Source: Selaginella moellendorffii (lineage: Eukaryota > Plantae > Lycopodiophyta). Taken from it: a stretch of 64,000 nucleotides of DNA. Made by a program: the position numbers and the translations under genes. The notes under the pieces were generated by a model. It did not search any database and was not told the DNA's origin. It saw only the letters and a list, made by a program, of their open reading frames with translations. The stretch spans positions 2,674,173-2,738,172 of the forward strand of contig NW_003314275.1 of the NCBI RefSeq assembly GCF_000143415.4, given 5' to 3'. Positions 22,406-34,840 of the stretch are shown one piece after another; position 1 is the first letter of the stretch, and each line of letters starts with the position of its first letter.

Positions 22406-24813
22406 TGTCGTGAATGTGACTTCGGGTATCGAAAGTTACCTGTCAACTAGTCCTTACGGACAATCTTACCTTACTACCACGATGGCAGGAGGTTGGCATT
22501 GCTGGACCCTTTATCAGCCCCTCTTGTTCAAGTGTTAGTAAACTAGACTTTGCATCTGTACTTGGCCGGATGAGCATAAGGACGGAATTCCTATGTGTCT
22601 ATTTAGCCAAGCATACTTGACCTGGCTTTTTAATTCTCTTTTGCTCTGTCTTGCACTGACTTGACAAGAACTCTTGCGTATTGAGATTGGTCCCTCAATA
22701 TCGCTACATGATAGCTTACTGTGTCTGCCAAACACCCTTGCTATTATGCTCTTTGTGTTAGTCTCATTTCGGTCCCAAATGCTATTTATGGAAAGTGTCC
22801 AAATTTGCTCATTTGGCATATCTATAGAATCTAGAGATCGGTCTGAACATAATGGTGTTCATTCCGTGTCCAAATTCGCAATCTAAGGACATTCCATATT
22901 TAGTAAGTTTCGAGCTTGTCCCAGAGACTAACTCCTGATACTAAGGGAGGCTTGGGGTGAAAGCCCAAAGCATGTGTTCCTCAAGAGGGGGGTTATGGGG
23001 GGTTCCAAATGTATAGTAGGGATAGTGGGTATGTCGGGCATGGCCGACCAACCTGAGGCATAGTCTAACTCCCGCTTGCATGCCTGTCCTTGTTTTGCGT
23101 CTGGCTTGGGTCTAAGCCCAAGTTTCATTCCATGCTAGCTGATGAAATACCCATATCCTTGCGTTAGGCCATCGGTATGCCAAAATAGCACTAGACTCTG
23201 TTTGGCTCTGTTTTGCATACTAGTCCTGGCATTGGGATGTTAGTTGCTCTAGGACTGTTCTAAGTCGCTCCAGGCTCCTATCCCTTCGCTCCTTGGGCTT
23301 GCCTGTCCTTGTTCTGCGTCTGGCTTGGGTCTAAGCCCAAGTTTCATTCCATGCTAGCTGGTGGAATACCCATATCCTTGCGTTAGGCCACCGGTATGCC
23401 AAAATAGCACTAGACTCTGTTTGGCTCTGTTTTGCATGCTAGTCCTGGCATTGGGATGCTGGTTGCTCTAGGACTGTTCTAAGTCGCTCCAGGCTCCTAT
23501 CCCTTCGTTCCTTAGGCTTTATACTCGGGAGTTGCTCCGTGGTTCGGTTCTATCACTCCTTGACTCCATGCTTGGGAGTTTGGCACCGTTCCTTCGTTCG
23601 GTGGCCCCAGGCCCTAAACCTCAGGTTCCTATGGACACATGGCATGGACACACGTGGCACAAAAAGGGTTTAGGTTCCGCTTCGTGGTGTTATCCTATAG
23701 TAAATCACCATAGGATAAAGGGTCAAACCACGTGCATGTAAGTTCCTAAATTTGGACTTCCAAGGACGCTTAACTTCAACTATCCCAAGACCCTTAACCG
23801 ATTGGAAAAGGGGATGCACTCTTGTTCATGGGCCCTTTCCCTCTATATTTGAACCCTAATAGATCGTCTTTCAAGTCGTTCCCTTTGGTTGCTTACAATC
23901 CACCACGCTTTCCTGCAAGTTCACGCCCTCATGAATGGAAGCTAAAAGCCGCAGCTCTCCCGAGAGCCCCGCTCTCTTGACACCCTACCCTTCGGGTGGT
24001 GTGATTCCCTTAGCCAACCAGTAGAGTTAGTCCCAAACCCAAGGATGCTTAACTTCAACTATACCAAGACCCTTAACCAATTGGAAAAGGGGATGCATTC
24101 TTGTTCATGGGCCCTTTCCTTCTATATTTGAACCCCAACAAATTGTCTTTCAAGTCGTTCCCTTTGGTTGCTTACAATCCACCACGCTTTCCTGCAAGTT
24201 CATGCCCTCATGAACAGAAGCTAAAAGCCGCAGCTCTCCCGAGAGCCCTGCTCTCTTGACACCCTACCCTTCGGGTGGTGTGATTCCCTTAGCCAACCAA
24301 CAGAGTTGGTCCCAAACCCAAGGACGCTTAACTTTAACTATCCCAAGACCCTTAACCGATTGGAAAAGGGGATGCACTCTTGTTCATGGGCCCTTTCCCT
24401 CTATATTTGAACCCCAACAGATCGTCTTTCAAGTCGTTCCCTTTGGTTGCTTACAATCCACCACGCTTTCCTGCAAGTTCACGCCCTCATGAACAGAAGC
24501 TAAAAGCCGCAGCTCTCCCGAGAGCCCCGCTCTCTTGACACCCTACCCTTCAGGTGGTGTGATTCCCTTAGCCAACCAACAGAGTTGGTCCCGAGACCCC
24601 TCTAATACCAAATGTAAGCTCCTGAATTTAGACTTCTCGGGAGGTCAGCCCAGTACTATTCAAACCCAAGGACGCTTAACTTCAACTATCCCAAGACCCT
24701 TAACCAATTGAAAAAGGGGGTGCACTTTTGTTCATGGGCCCTTTCCCTCTATATTTCAATCCCAACGGATCGTCTTTCGAGTCATTCCCTTTAGTTGCTT
24801 ACAGTATGCTACA
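22406..24813 (+). mobile_element. Solo LTR of the element B family, with an internal 219-bp tandem duplication and a Cassandra insertion
   Basis: Homologous to 5808-6947; ends ctaca at 24813; TSD actgg/actga; duplicated segment about 23082-23300 and 23301-23519. Confidence 0.9.
23737..24803 (-). mobile_element. Tandem-array Cassandra TRIM (four LTR segments, three internal domains)
   Basis: LTR ends at 23897, 24176, 24455 (279-bp period) and 24803. Single PBS (tggtattagag on minus) at about 24600-24610. 5S-like segment in LTR 24613-24803. Confidence 0.92.
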
Positions 24814-26164
24814 ACTGATTAAGTTTTTTTGGTTTGAAAGTGAGTTAATAAATGGTTCTATTTCTCTCACTTTTCTTCTTTTGTGGCCTTCTCTCCACCA
24901 TCGTGCATGACATTCCTTTTGTAGCCTTCTATATAGTTAACACTTTAACCTTCTCTTTGCTTTTGATGATTGTTCTTTCTTTTGTTTTTGTTCTGCTAAT
25001 ACTTCTTTGGCTCATCATTCTCTATGAAGCCTTCATGAAGATAGCCTTGAAAGTTGTCAATGGTGCTTATAGAACTTTTGTTCAATGGAGTGGCCAAAGG
25101 TGAGAGCTCCATGCAGAAAATTGCCTCTTTTACTCTTTCTTCTTGGCTGTGTTCCTGATGACCACTTTTGACATTGGAAAGGTATGCTACTGAACTTTAT
25201 TTACCAGATCTTTATTTTTCCAGTGATTGCTTATGCAATCTAAGGTACACTGACTGGCTTGATGCTATCAATAAGATAAAAGAAAGAAGGAATTGGGGGA
25301 CTTGTTGCTAACAGTAATTTCTAGATCAAGGCAGATCAGCAGATATCATTTTTCTATTCTTAGCTCAATTTTTTGCGACAGATATTTATGGAGATCAACT
25401 CAGAAATTATTATTATTAACAGGACTTTCGGCAAGAGGACTCGCAAGCAAGGACAGTGGTCCTATGCAACAGTTCCATCCAAGTATAGGTGTAGATGAGA
25501 TCTCCAGATTGTATTGTGATTCAAGCTCTTTGTCTTTTTTTTCTAGGAAAAGAGCTTGAAACAGAGTTGCATCCTAGTGAATCCTCTGGAAAATGGTATA
25601 AGTTACTCTGAAGACAGTGTTTTACATTTATGTAGCCTTTTCAACTGTCAGTTTTGATTTTGTTTCGGATGATGCAAACTTCAAGACGAAACACTGGTTT
25701 GTTGACTCACAATGTTCCATGTTGGGGATATGTGCTACATTCTCTAATGACACTCTTTTTGTCACCTTTTCGATATTAATCCTTGTAGGTTAATCTTTGT
25801 TTTGCATATAGTTTGTCAGATTTGCTATCTTTGCATGCAATTCTAGCCGTGGCCGTAACTTATGGATATGGTTGCTTCGGCTCTACCCTTCCTTGTGCCA
25901 AGTTATGGCGTGCCATTTTGGAGAAGTCATAAACTTTCCACAAAATTCCTTTGATAAGGGTTCTCTATTATATAGTACAACCTTTAGAATCCACTGTGAG
26001 AATATACGGGCAAATGGTAGGAACTTTACGCCGATCGCAGCTAGGCACGAATGCTCCGGAGGGACATAGCGAGCACCCTGAAACAAACCAATGAGAATCC
26101 TATTGTCCCCAACGCGAAAGCAAAGGGTAGAATACCTTCCTATTGTAGATCGCCAGAAGATTCT

Positions 26165-27559
26165 TTACACCAGAAGTAAGAGGATTACCAAAAAGCCTGT
26201 GAGCGCAAGGCGGACGAGGATTCGTATCTTAGCTACAACCACAAGCATTGCCACCAACGCCACCGTGAGAGAGTAAATCTGGCCCCTGTTTATGCGAGCC
26301 ACTTCCTTCCTACATAGTCTGCAAAAGGAAAGCAAGTAAAAAGGGCCATGAGAAAATGGCTTAGCTTGAGAGACCTCAGTTCCTTCATGGATTTAGAAAA
26401 CACGTCGTCCGCAAGACGATGCTGCAAAGAAAAACCAAATTAAGGAAAGGAAATCTAAGAAAAGGTCTGCTTACTTGCTTCTGCACAGTGTCGTTCAGAC
26501 TCTTAAGCTGCCTCATTATGTTTGTCAGCTCCTCTTGGTACTCATTGACAGCAGCAGTGTTCTGGGAGTTGGAAAACTCCACGTACTCCTCAAAAGTCTT
26601 CTGGTCACTTTCCAGTTGTAGTATCTGTTCGATGAGGAACTTGTTCACAGACGTAGTGGAACCACTAGTGGAATCCCCCGGGGAACTGCCAATCAAATCT
26701 TCAAGCATGCGCCCAAGCGCGACTCCAAAAACCTCGAAGGTGCTAAGCGTGCAGTAAAACTCCGTCCCATAGTGTGAGAGGATCCTCAGCTGGAGATATC
26801 TCGCCCACTCTGGCTTCGACAGAATAAACCTCTGAGGTTGCCCAACGTTCCTCGCCTCGAACTTTCCCAAGAGCCTCCATCCAGATGTAGGATAGCTCAG
26901 GCTTCCCAGCAGCTCCAGCTCCCTTGGATTGGACGAGTAGAGCTCGTAGTTGGCGATGACAAATGTTTCCACCAGAATTTCTTCAGCCAGCTCCACCATG
27001 ACGAACTTCTCCTTGGCGCTGCATGGGTTCCGAAAGTACTTATCGTTGCCCTTGACGAGAATGTTGCCAGCACCCTTGCCTTCCTTGTTTGCCCCTAAAA
27101 CTTTAGCACCGAGTGAGGCTGCGGCATAGTTGTGTTCGTTGCCCCCAACTTGGCGGTCGCGCTTGTGCCTGTTATCGTCGTCTTGATTCTCACTTGCTGA
27201 GACGAGGATATGCGAATGGAGAGGATTGAGTTCCGGACTAGCGAGAGGAACACTTCGTTCTTCCGCTAGCGCTGTGGCACGGTCGGGATCGAAGGGACTG
27301 ACTTCTTCACCGTTGCTAGAACTCTGGAAATTTTCGCTCAGAGAAACAAGATGGAAGAAAGAAAAGGTACCTCAGCAGTGCGATTGCACGAAATATCGAG
27401 GAACTGCTCTTCCAAATCGAGAATCTGGTGATGCGCCTCCAAAATCTCGGGGATTGGAGCTTCATCGACCTCCGGAAGCTCGGAATGGAGCTCCATCCCG
27501 ATCCCCAGTCCCGAGACGACCAAGAGAAGGAGCACCGCAAGACGTAGATTGCTCACCAT
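26165..27559 (-). CDS. Mid-SUN protein, copy 2 (signal/TM, SUN, coiled coil, two TM)
   Basis: Exons 27559-27371, 27323-26475, 26421-26375 and 26318-26165 join in frame with GT-AG introns. Motifs HNYAAASLGAKV, NYELYSSNPRE, SHYGTEFYCTLS. Confidence 0.9.
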
Positions 27560-27756
27560 GCCGGGTCAAGATGCGCTGATCGATCGACGGAAGAACCTGA
27601 TCGGCGTCTCTATAAACCCTAGCCCGCGCCAGAGGAAGAACACATCCCTGAAATACCTTAGAGGAGAGCATCGGTGCCTAGTCCATCGCCACCACACCGC
27701 TGGCAGGATTCGACCCTGGAAACCATTCCCCGCCAGATTTAAATTGCGAATATTCT

Positions 27757-28240
27757 TTAGCCGGTACTTTTCCCGTTCTGCGAGAGAATGGAGTGTGACG
27801 AGATTCCACTCCGGCATACCTCGTGCACTCCGTTCTGCGAGAAAGTCACCAGCTTTGCCGTGTAGGAGATGAGATCCCACCCAGGCATAGAACCGAAGAC
27901 GCCCTTTTCATCGTCAAAATGCCCCTTCTGGGCAAATGCCGTAAGAAGGACGTTCCAAGACACAGCATTTCTCTGCGGCATCAGATCAAAGAGGCCTTCG
28001 TGCCTTCGATGCTTCCATTCTATCAGATCAAGACCCGCAAGCCATCAAAGACCACTCTATGCTGCTGCATCGGACGGGTGGATCGCTCGCGCATCCTGCA
28101 GCTGGATCGCCCATAGCCAGGCCATCATAGATCAATAGAGGAGCGAGGGACCTCGGCTGGAAAACGCACCAGATGAATGACCAAGCCTGGCATCACGAGC
28201 TCCACATATCAGACCATTGCTAAGCAGCTCATCCAAAAGC
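27757..28240 (-). pseudogene. PPR (PLS-type) gene fragment
   Basis: MPQRNAVSWNVLLTAFAQKGH...FGSMPGWDLISY; frameshifted. Confidence 0.75.
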
Positions 28241-28244
28241 CCTA

Positions 28245-28267
28245 CTCTCTCTCTCTCTCTCTCTCTC
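28245..28267. repeat. (CT)n microsatellite
   Basis: Directly visible. Confidence 0.95.
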
Positions 28268-28284
28268 GTGCACTATCCGATACG

Positions 28285-28745
28285 GTGTTAGGGTTTTTAC
28301 TTTCATGATGCGGTGGTTCTGATCTTCGTAGTCTTGCTCTTCTGGTTCGTTTCAGCACAGGGGATGGGGATTGAGCTCCATTACGGGGATCCGGAGACCA
28401 ATCTAGCTGAAGCTCTCCGATGAGCTCCACGCTGGGGGATGAAATGCAGGTCGGAGATTTCCGCAGATGCAGAGCTGACTTTGCCGGATCTTGCGCCGAG
28501 GTAGGCTTCTATGCTCATGTTTTCTTGTTGTGTAGTCATTGAGCTACGGCCTGTGGATCTTGGCACAGCGGCGAGTGAAATCTCGCACAACGTCGTGGAG
28601 GACAAGTATGCCACAGCCTCGCTGGGCGCCAAAGTTATAGGAGCGAACAAGAAAGCCGAGGTGGTATCTACATTCTCGTCAAGGACAAGGATAAGCACTT
28701 CCGCAGCCGAAGACAAGTTGGTGGTTGTGGAGTGTTCTTTGGCTG
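28285..28745 (+). pseudogene. Truncated copy of the 5' part of mid-SUN copy 3
   Basis: Near-identical to 29660-30170 (IELHYGDPET, SCAE|gtaggc, YATASLGAKVIGANK) with deletions and frameshifts; runs into PPR sequence. Confidence 0.85.
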
Positions 28746-28779
28746 CTGCAATGCCATAGAGCTCTCCGAGGCCGCACAT

Positions 28780-29500
28780 AGCAAATCCACCATAGAGCAA
28801 TAGCTTCATGGTTTTGGAGAGATCAAGGGCGTCCATACCGTAGCCGGGCATCTGGGTGTACAGGGTGTTCCACGTGACGGGATCTGGAGCGTGCATTTCC
28901 CGGAAGGTGGACTCGGATGTGCCCGTTCTGGGCATATGCCTGGAGCCTGACGCACCACATCGCTCCTGTTTGAAGAGATTCTTGGCAAATGCCCCGACCA
29001 TGCAGCTCCATGCTAGGATGGTCTTCTCCGGCATTGAGTTAGAGATTCTTCAAGATGCCCTGATTGGGCATATTCTTGGAGCAGGAAAGACTACAATAGC
29101 GTCCCATGCGGGCATCTGATAAGTTTCCAGCGTTTATACAGGCCTCTATTAGTGTGGTTCACGACACTTTTTATGAAATACTAAACGAGCTTTATCAAGA
29201 ATGGGCATATGCTCTAATCAAAGCAGTCGCTCAAAATCTGGCATAGAATCAACTAAGCTGTTATCATTCGGTTTCTTCTCTGGGCTTCTTGGATATGCCC
29301 AGACTGGGAATATGCCTGGGTCAGAGAATTCGGCCACACCCGCTCTGGGCAATTGCTGTGAGAAGAACATTCCACGACACAACATTCCAGATCAAAGGGC
29401 CGCTTCGTGTCCTCGACATTCTGTATGGGCGATCCAGGCCAGCCTCCGATTTCTTGACTCGCTTCACGCAATTCTCGCAGGGGAACTGGAGCTTGAGATG
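28780..29500 (-). pseudogene. PPR gene fragments
   Basis: MPEKTILAWSCMVGAFAK, QAYAQNGHI, NVVSWNVLLTAIAQSG and QAYSQSGHIQEA occur in different frames. Confidence 0.75.
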
Positions 29501-29681
29501 CGCGGGACGATGTACAACGAGAAGAAAACAGAGAGCCAAGTTTGAATGCGTCGATTGCGACTAAGAAGAAATCGAGGCGTTTGATACTGGAATATTAGTG
29601 GTTTTTAAAATTTAGGGTTCGTGTCTTTTTCCCTCCATTTTGATGAAGCCCTAGCCCCGGCATTGTAGGGTTTCTTGTTCT

Positions 29682-31178
29682 ATGGCGGGCGATCGTCGTC
29701 TTCCGGTGGTTCTGATCTTCGAAATCTTGCTCTTCTGGTTCGTGTCGGGAGCCGGGATCGGGATTGAGCTCCATTACGGGGATCCGGAGACCCATGAAGC
29801 GCAGATTTTCGAAGCGCAGCTCTCCGATGAGCTCCAGGCTGGGGAGGAGCGCGATGAAATGCAGGTCGGAGATTTCCGCGGATTCAGAGCTGATTTTGCC
29901 GGATCTTGCGCCGAGGTAGGCTTCTGCGCTCATGTTTTCTTATTCTTAAGTCATTGAGTTGCGAAACTTTCCAGCCTGGGGATCTTGGCACAGCGGCGAG
30001 TGAAACCTCGGACATCCTCGTGGAGGAAAACTATGCCGCAGCCTCGCTGGGCGCCAAAGTCATAGGAGCGAACAAGGAAGCCGAGGGTGGTGGCTACGTT
30101 CTCAACAAGGACAAGGATAAGCACTTCCGCAGCCCATGCAGTGCCGAAGAAAAGTTCGTGGTTGTGGAGCTCTCCGAGGAGACTCTGGTGGTCACCATCG
30201 CCATCGCCAACTACGAGCTCCTCTCGTCCAATCCAAGGGAACTGGAGCTCCTGGGAAGTTTGGAGTACCCAACCGAGGAGTGGAAACTCTTGGGGAGGTT
30301 CGAGGCGAAGGATGTGAGGATCCCGCAGAGGTTTACGCTGTCAGTACCGGAGTGGGCGAGGTATCTCAAGCTGAGATACTTGTCACACTATGGGACGGAG
30401 TTTTACTGCACGCTTAGCACCTTCGAGGTGTTTGGAGATGGCGTTGAGCGCATGATCGAAGGCTGGATGGGCAAGAGACCCATTCTCAACATCAGCTCGT
30501 CCAGTGAAGAGAATCAGTCCCAGGCACCATTCCAGAAGGTCTTCCCCAGAGTCCCTCAAGGTGAGAAAGGATTCTCGCAGGTTGTTTTGGTTGGAAAGGT
30601 CAGAGAGCTGGCGATGAAGCGGAAGATACTGTTGGATTACATTGACTACGTGAGGATGGTGCTCTTAGAGAACTCTCATCGAGAGATGCCGAAAGTGGTC
30701 TCGCGACTCGAGAGTGTGAAGATCGAGGTAAAACTTTTTATTTCTCTTAGTCATTTGCTTCTTTTTCCGTCTTTCTAGGTTCAGGCTGCAAGAGTGTTAG
30801 TGGACAACATCACGGTGCTTCAATTTCCGATCAAGTACAGCCATTCATTTTCTTTTACTCTATTAAAAAAAAATTATTTGCAGGCGTTGCGTGAAACAAA
30901 TCAGAAACATTAGCGATCGGCGTTACTTTGTGGTCACCATGGCGTTCTTAGTAACAGTTTACCTCTTCCTCTCTAGCATGGCTATCCGTCAAGCAATAAA
31001 GCTCATGTAAGTATTGTCAAGCTTGGATACCCTGGACCTTTCTCTAACAGGATTCATTCCTGTTTAGGTGGCGGAGAATTTTCGGAAGCACTCGCTATGA
31101 ACACTTGCTACGGGTAAGTATGAGGCAGAAGAATCTTTACTGAGACAAACTTTTCTACTCGTTCTCCAGATCCCCTGA
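29682..31178 (+). CDS. Mid-SUN protein, copy 3
   Basis: Exons 29682-29915, 29975-30727, 30779-30834 and 30884-31007. Either stop at 31010 or continuation through 31068-31113 and 31170-31178, all in phase. Canonical SUN motifs, helical region and TM. Confidence 0.88.
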
Positions 31179-32240
31179 TTTTCTCTCCGGATTCCAACCC
31201 TCTTGAGCGCTTGCCCCGCGATCACTTGCGGGCATCTCCTTCATCTCGTCCACCACCTCCAATTCCAGAGGGCGGCGAGGACATCATATGCCTGCCGATA
31301 ATCCAAAACCATAAGACGCTCTGGAATTTGCTTGGACGCTTACCAAAAGAATCGCCTTTGGAAAGCTCTCTTTCTCGCTGGAAACTCTTGCCGAGTGTTA
31401 CATAATCTTTGGTGAGAAACAATCTCTTCAAAAAAATTCCCAAAAATTAATGCAAGTGTTAGATGAAAGTAGGCATCCTGAAAGTGACGGAAATCGAGTC
31501 TCCTTTACCCGGATCAGCTCCTGGTTACATATCCGCTTCTTCGGGACGATCATGGCTTCTTCCCGCAAGTGTGAGTGTAGAAGTGTCGCAGTAGCGATTC
31601 TTCCAGGCTCTCGTCTATAACAAGCAACACTGGAGGGGTGTCACTTTCGAGTCCGCCACTGGATCGTGATCATGAAGTCCTCGACGAGCTCACGAGCTCT
31701 GGCCAGTTATGCAAATCGTTGGTGTTGGCAGGGCCTGTCTTCTCCATTGCTGCTGTTGATCTTCTGGCAAAGCATGCATTGCGACTAGAGTCGGGTACTC
31801 TCTTCCTGGTGATAGCAGCGCTCCAAAAGCCAAGGTTGTTGCCTCAGGAGCTTCTTCTCGCTCAAGATAAACTTAAGAAGAGTAGAACAAACTTTACATA
31901 CCACTCGAGATGTAAACATGAGTCAGCTTCATGGAGCCTGCTCGATCCAATGGTGCTTCTCGCTAGCCGTAGGCTAGCGATCATGAAAACCCTATGTGCG
32001 ATCACTGGATTTGATGAAATGTGTATGTACTATTCCCCAATGCCCCTTAGGGGCTAAAACAACAGCAAGAGTGCATTCTCAGAGAGACTAACAAGACTAC
32101 GAGCATGGACGCCCGGCGTTGCCCGTGGGCCGTCCACCTCCCAGGTGACTCGATTCGAACCCAGAAGGTGTCCTAAGAGATTTTAGGGTTCTTCCTACTT
32201 CAAACATCCGGCGGGAAGACATCAGGCCGAGCTAGGGTTG

Positions 32241-33468
32241 ATGGCGCGCCTTCCGGCGCTGCCGCGCGTGCTCTTCATAATCTTGCTGCTGTCGGTCTGC
32301 GACCGGGCTCCATTCTTCGATCACGCAGATTTGCGATGGTAAGCGAGCTCGGCACGAGGAAAGCTCTCCGGACGTAGAGTACCAGATTCTCGAGTCCGAT
32401 GAGCTCTATTTCGGGGATCTGGAGCGCGATGAAGCCGAGATTTCGGTGGAATTGGATGGCGTCGAGATCTTATCGGCTCGAACCGCTCTATCCGCTGCCG
32501 AGGTAGGCTTTCCCATGGTATTTTTTTTCTTATGGTTTCATTTGAGCTGGTTTTGAACTTTCCAGAGCCATGAGGAGCCTATGGAGAATACTACTGCCTG
32601 CGAACGACTGAAAAAGGTGACAACTGTTAGCTTGAAGGATTACAAAAGAATGGTGTCGTGGGCAAGCGAAAGTGACAAGTGGAACACCACGATCAAGCAC
32701 AGGCTCGAGCCCGGGGGTGAGGAGTTCAACTTTGCCGCAGCCTCGCACGGTGCTCAAATAGTGACCTCAAGCAGCGATGGGGGTAATCTTCTCAAGGATA
32801 AGTACTTTCGCAGCCCATGCAAGGCCAAGGAGAAGTCTTTTGTCTTGCAGCTTGCAGAAGAAGTCTTGGTGGATACCGTCGTCATCGAAAATCACGAGCT
32901 CTACTCGTCCAATCCAAGGGAACTAGAGGTTCTGGGAACCCTCAGGTATCCTACAGAAAGCTGGAGGCTCTTGGGAAATGTCGAAGCACAGAATATTTGT
33001 CGACCTCAAAGGTTTGTGCTGCCGAAGCCGGAGTGGGCGAGGTATCTGAAGCTGAGGATACTGTCTCACTATGGGAACGAGTATTACTGCACGTTGAATC
33101 ATCTGCAAATTTTCGGTTCAGGCCTTGAAGGATTGATTGAAGAAGCTCAACCTTACTGTGAGCAGCAGCAGCAGGTAAGAACGTTTTCGTGTCGACTTTG
33201 TGGTTGCTCACAGTCTTTCCATTTCCAGGATGCCACACAAATCCACAAATTGCAGGAAGAGTTAAGGTTAGTCTGTTTTCCATAGCTCATCTATTTGTCT
33301 TTTTTGTCTTCTTAAATTCTTCCCTTTTCCAGGCTACTCAAGAGCCAGATGGCTGACGACGTGTTGTATGTTGCTATTGCTGTCCTGGTTGTAGTGTCTG
33401 CCGTTCTCGTGTATCCGTGGATGGGTACTATCGTATGTTTGGTGGTGATCCACATAGCTACCTCTTGA
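32241..33468 (+). CDS. Mid-SUN protein, copy 4 (5' end apparently frameshifted; possible pseudogene)
   Basis: SUN exon about 32565-33174 (FNFAAASHGAQI, NHELYSSNPRE, SHYGNEYYCTL), then exons about 33229-33266 and 33333-33468 with TM segments. The signal-peptide frame from 32241 hits TAA near 32340 while homology continues in another frame. Confidence 0.75.
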
Positions 33469-33529
33469 TTCAAGGCGATAATCCAAACGCTGGCGGTTTA
33501 TACTGGCTTTTCTCTTTGCCAGGTTTATA

Positions 33530-33656
33530 ATGGGAAAGCCTGGTCGAGCGGATAAGATCTCGACTCCATCCAACTCCGCGGAAATCTCGGCTTCATCGCG
33601 CTCCAGATCCCCGAAATAAAGCTCCTCGGACTCGAGAATCTGGTGCAGATTCTCGA
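33530..33656 (-). repeat. Inverted copy of the 5' region of SUN copy 4 (about 32380-32517)
   Basis: Reverse complement encodes QILESEELYFGDLERDEAEISAELDGVEILSAR. Confidence 0.9.
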
Positions 33657-33674
33657 GAGCTAAGAAAAAGAAAA

Positions 33675-34586
33675 CGCCCCTAGTACAAAGATCACCCGAC
33701 CGTGCAGGTCCAGTCTTTTCTGGCATAGAGTCGAAGATGCTTTTGGATTCTTCAAGATGACCGCATTGGGCATATGCTTGGAGGAGCAAAGACTGTACAA
33801 TAGCATCATACACGGGGATTTGGTCGTAAAGTATTAAGTTTTCAGGGTTTAAAAAGCTTCTATGACTGTAGTCCATGACACCATGTTCTTATAAGGCATT
33901 TCGTGAAATAGCAAACGAGCTTGTTCAAGGTACCCGCATTGGGCAAATGCTTCAACTAAAGCAACTACGTCAAACTCTGGCATAGAATTTTGCAAGCATC
34001 AATATTTCCAGTAGATGAATATACTTGAAGCATCGTGGTCCAAGAATCAGTCTGGCATCTCATAAAAAAATCGACAAGTCTGTGAGTAGGCTGCCAGCAT
34101 GGCATTCCACGTCATCGGCATCGACCAACTCAGCATGACGTATGCCCGCATATGGCCGTGAATCTCACGTGAACACACTCACCTCGGGCATCTTGCCGTG
34201 GCAGCACTGAGATTCCCAGAGTGGACGAACATTGCCAGGATCGCGTTACATGAAACCATGCAAGAGGACATGTCTTATTTGCTCGGATCTTGAGGACACA
34301 CACGATTGTGTTCTTCTTCTTGCGATCAAGCAGCATGAAAAGAACCAAAATAAGTATTTTCTTTGAGTGCTCAGGATTCTTTGCTTCTTTTCTTCTTTGT
34401 GTGATCGAGCAAGCTGCGCGAGATCATTCAATGACTGTAGCATTACGCTAGAGAATGATGCTACCACTACAAAGAGAATGGAATGCCCCTAGTACAAAGA
34501 TCCCTTGACCATGCAGGTCCAGTCTTTTCCAGCATAGAGTTGAAGATGCTTCTGGGTTCTTCAAGATGCCACCATTGGGCATATGT
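33675..34586 (-). pseudogene. PPR fragments, including a direct repeat of about 100 bp (33676-33777 and 34485-34585)
   Basis: LQAYAQCGHLEESKSIFDSMPEKT and a second near-copy. Confidence 0.7.
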
Positions 34587-34830
34587 CTGAATGAACGAGC
34601 CTGTGAGAGGAAGATTCAGACCAGTCTCTCCAATACGGACTCACCTAGAGTTTATCGGGATATCCTTTCAGAGGCGACGTCTGATGACATATCATGGTTG
34701 TTGCTTCACCTCAAGCGGCCTCTTGTCAACGGTGTGTGGATTTCGCATCCTTGAAGATAAAGCACCTCTTCAGGGAAACACTTGCCCGCTCAAAGCTGGA
34801 AGACTTGGTGATATTTCTACAGTCCACTGG
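34587..34830 (+). pseudogene. Inverted fragment of the Crinkler-like gene (copy of about 35645-35898)
   Basis: LNERACERKIQTSLSNTDSPRVYRDILSEATSDDISWLLLHLKRPLV is near-identical to the ORF 35581-36873 translation. Confidence 0.9.
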
Positions 34831-34840
34831 TGAGAATTTC

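Noticed and set aside
24852-25900. Possible spliced gene with hydrophobic ORFs
   Set aside because: Splice-like signals are present, but I could not assemble a coherent or recognisable frame.
31211-32057. ORFs between SUN copies 3 and 4
   Set aside because: No recognisable domain or consistent gene model.
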